A DNA stretch of 64,000 bases, from assembly GCF_006345805.1 (NCBI RefSeq), contig NC_042999.1:27962001-28026000 (forward strand), read 5' to 3'. The notes under the pieces were generated by a model. It saw only the letters and a list, made by a program, of their open reading frames with translations, had not been told where the DNA came from and made no database searches. Made by a program: the position numbers and the translations under genes. This DNA is from Octopus sinensis. Its lineage: Eukaryota. Within the stretch, counting starts at the first letter, position 1. The number at the start of each line of letters is the position of its first letter. Below, one piece after another: positions 63,255 to 64,000 of this stretch.

Positions 63255-64000
63255 ATATATAAACGGCAGTTTGTCTGTGCGTGCTTCTGTGTGTCTGTTT
63301 TCTCGTACCCTCACCCTGACCACGGCTTTCAACCGATTCTGATGAAACTTGACACACACATAGCCCAATGTCATAATTCAAAACTAACGAAGCGAAAATT
63401 TTGAAAAGTTCCCCCAGTTCTGAAAAAAATTGATAAATTCGACATGGGGTCGAGAATCATAAACATGAACCACAGACTGTCTAGGGGACGCAACTCGAGA
63501 ATCTAAGCTTTTTTTATGCAACGCATAACTATGGTAGTTTTCACAACTTGCAATCGATTTTCACACAAAACTCATGGTGAAGCTTAATGTTACCCTAAGA
63601 AACTCAATTCTGACGTTAGTTTTCCATGCAATACCTTACCATCAGAAACAATCGATAAAATCATGCCATTTTGGGAAATCGCGTTCAAATTCAAGATGAC
63701 ATATTTTCGACAATATCTTTCACAAATTGGCAGGAATCTTTTTTTTTTCACAACGAGCATCATGTCTGCTCCAAGGAGCTATATAGCCCTTTTTATTCCA
63801 ATAGGATACATTATTGGAAAAAATCGGTTAATTTAATCATATGTGGCACACATAGCAAACAAATTGTGTATTAAACACAAACCAGACTGTCTAGGGGACG
63901 CAACTTGACCTTTTTAGCTATCGATAATTCGATCCAACCAATTCCTACCAGGAAGAAATTACATTCGAGACTTTACCCCCCAACACCGCCACTTCTGCTA
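63250..64000 (+). mobile_element. Candidate Helitron-type element, 5' end (runs off the window)
   Basis: Starts A|TCTCTATATATAAACGGCAG followed by TGTCTGTG tract and CCGATTCTGATGAAACTTG, typical of non-autonomous Helitron 5' ends; 3' CTRR end not seen. Confidence 0.5.

Overview
AT-rich, microsatellite- and SINE-dense eukaryotic DNA; the repeat families look like octopus/coleoid (inference). The only supportable protein-coding gene is the 3' part of a + strand START-domain gene of the STARD4/5/6 group, most like STARD5. Four coding exons join in frame with GT-AG introns: 905-1037, 39358-39472, 43611-43704 and 45089-45254. The first intron is 38.3 kb. Nearly all other ORFs in the track are translations of SINEs or simple repeats. 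Mobile elements include four tRNA-type SINE families, CR1 and RTE LINE remnants, Tc1/mariner remnants, piggyBac-type and unclassified MITEs, non-autonomous Helitrons and Penelope-like fragments. Main discoveries: (1) a ~356-bp tandem repeat at 61632-62390 carrying a type I hammerhead ribozyme with a complete catalytic core and palindromic stem III, i.e. a candidate non-LTR retrozyme, with its last unit inverted at the ribozyme; (2) a near-full-length U6 snRNA copy fused 5' of a SINE, with one 9-bp direct repeat bracketing both (53736-54055), i.e. a candidate U6-SINE chimeric retrocopy; (3) minimal hammerhead-like motifs in Penelope-like fragments (54925-54959, degenerate at 29719-29753 and 8381-8408). 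Several closely spaced inverted repeats could form long dsRNA. All folds and alignments were done by eye; nothing was computed or searched.
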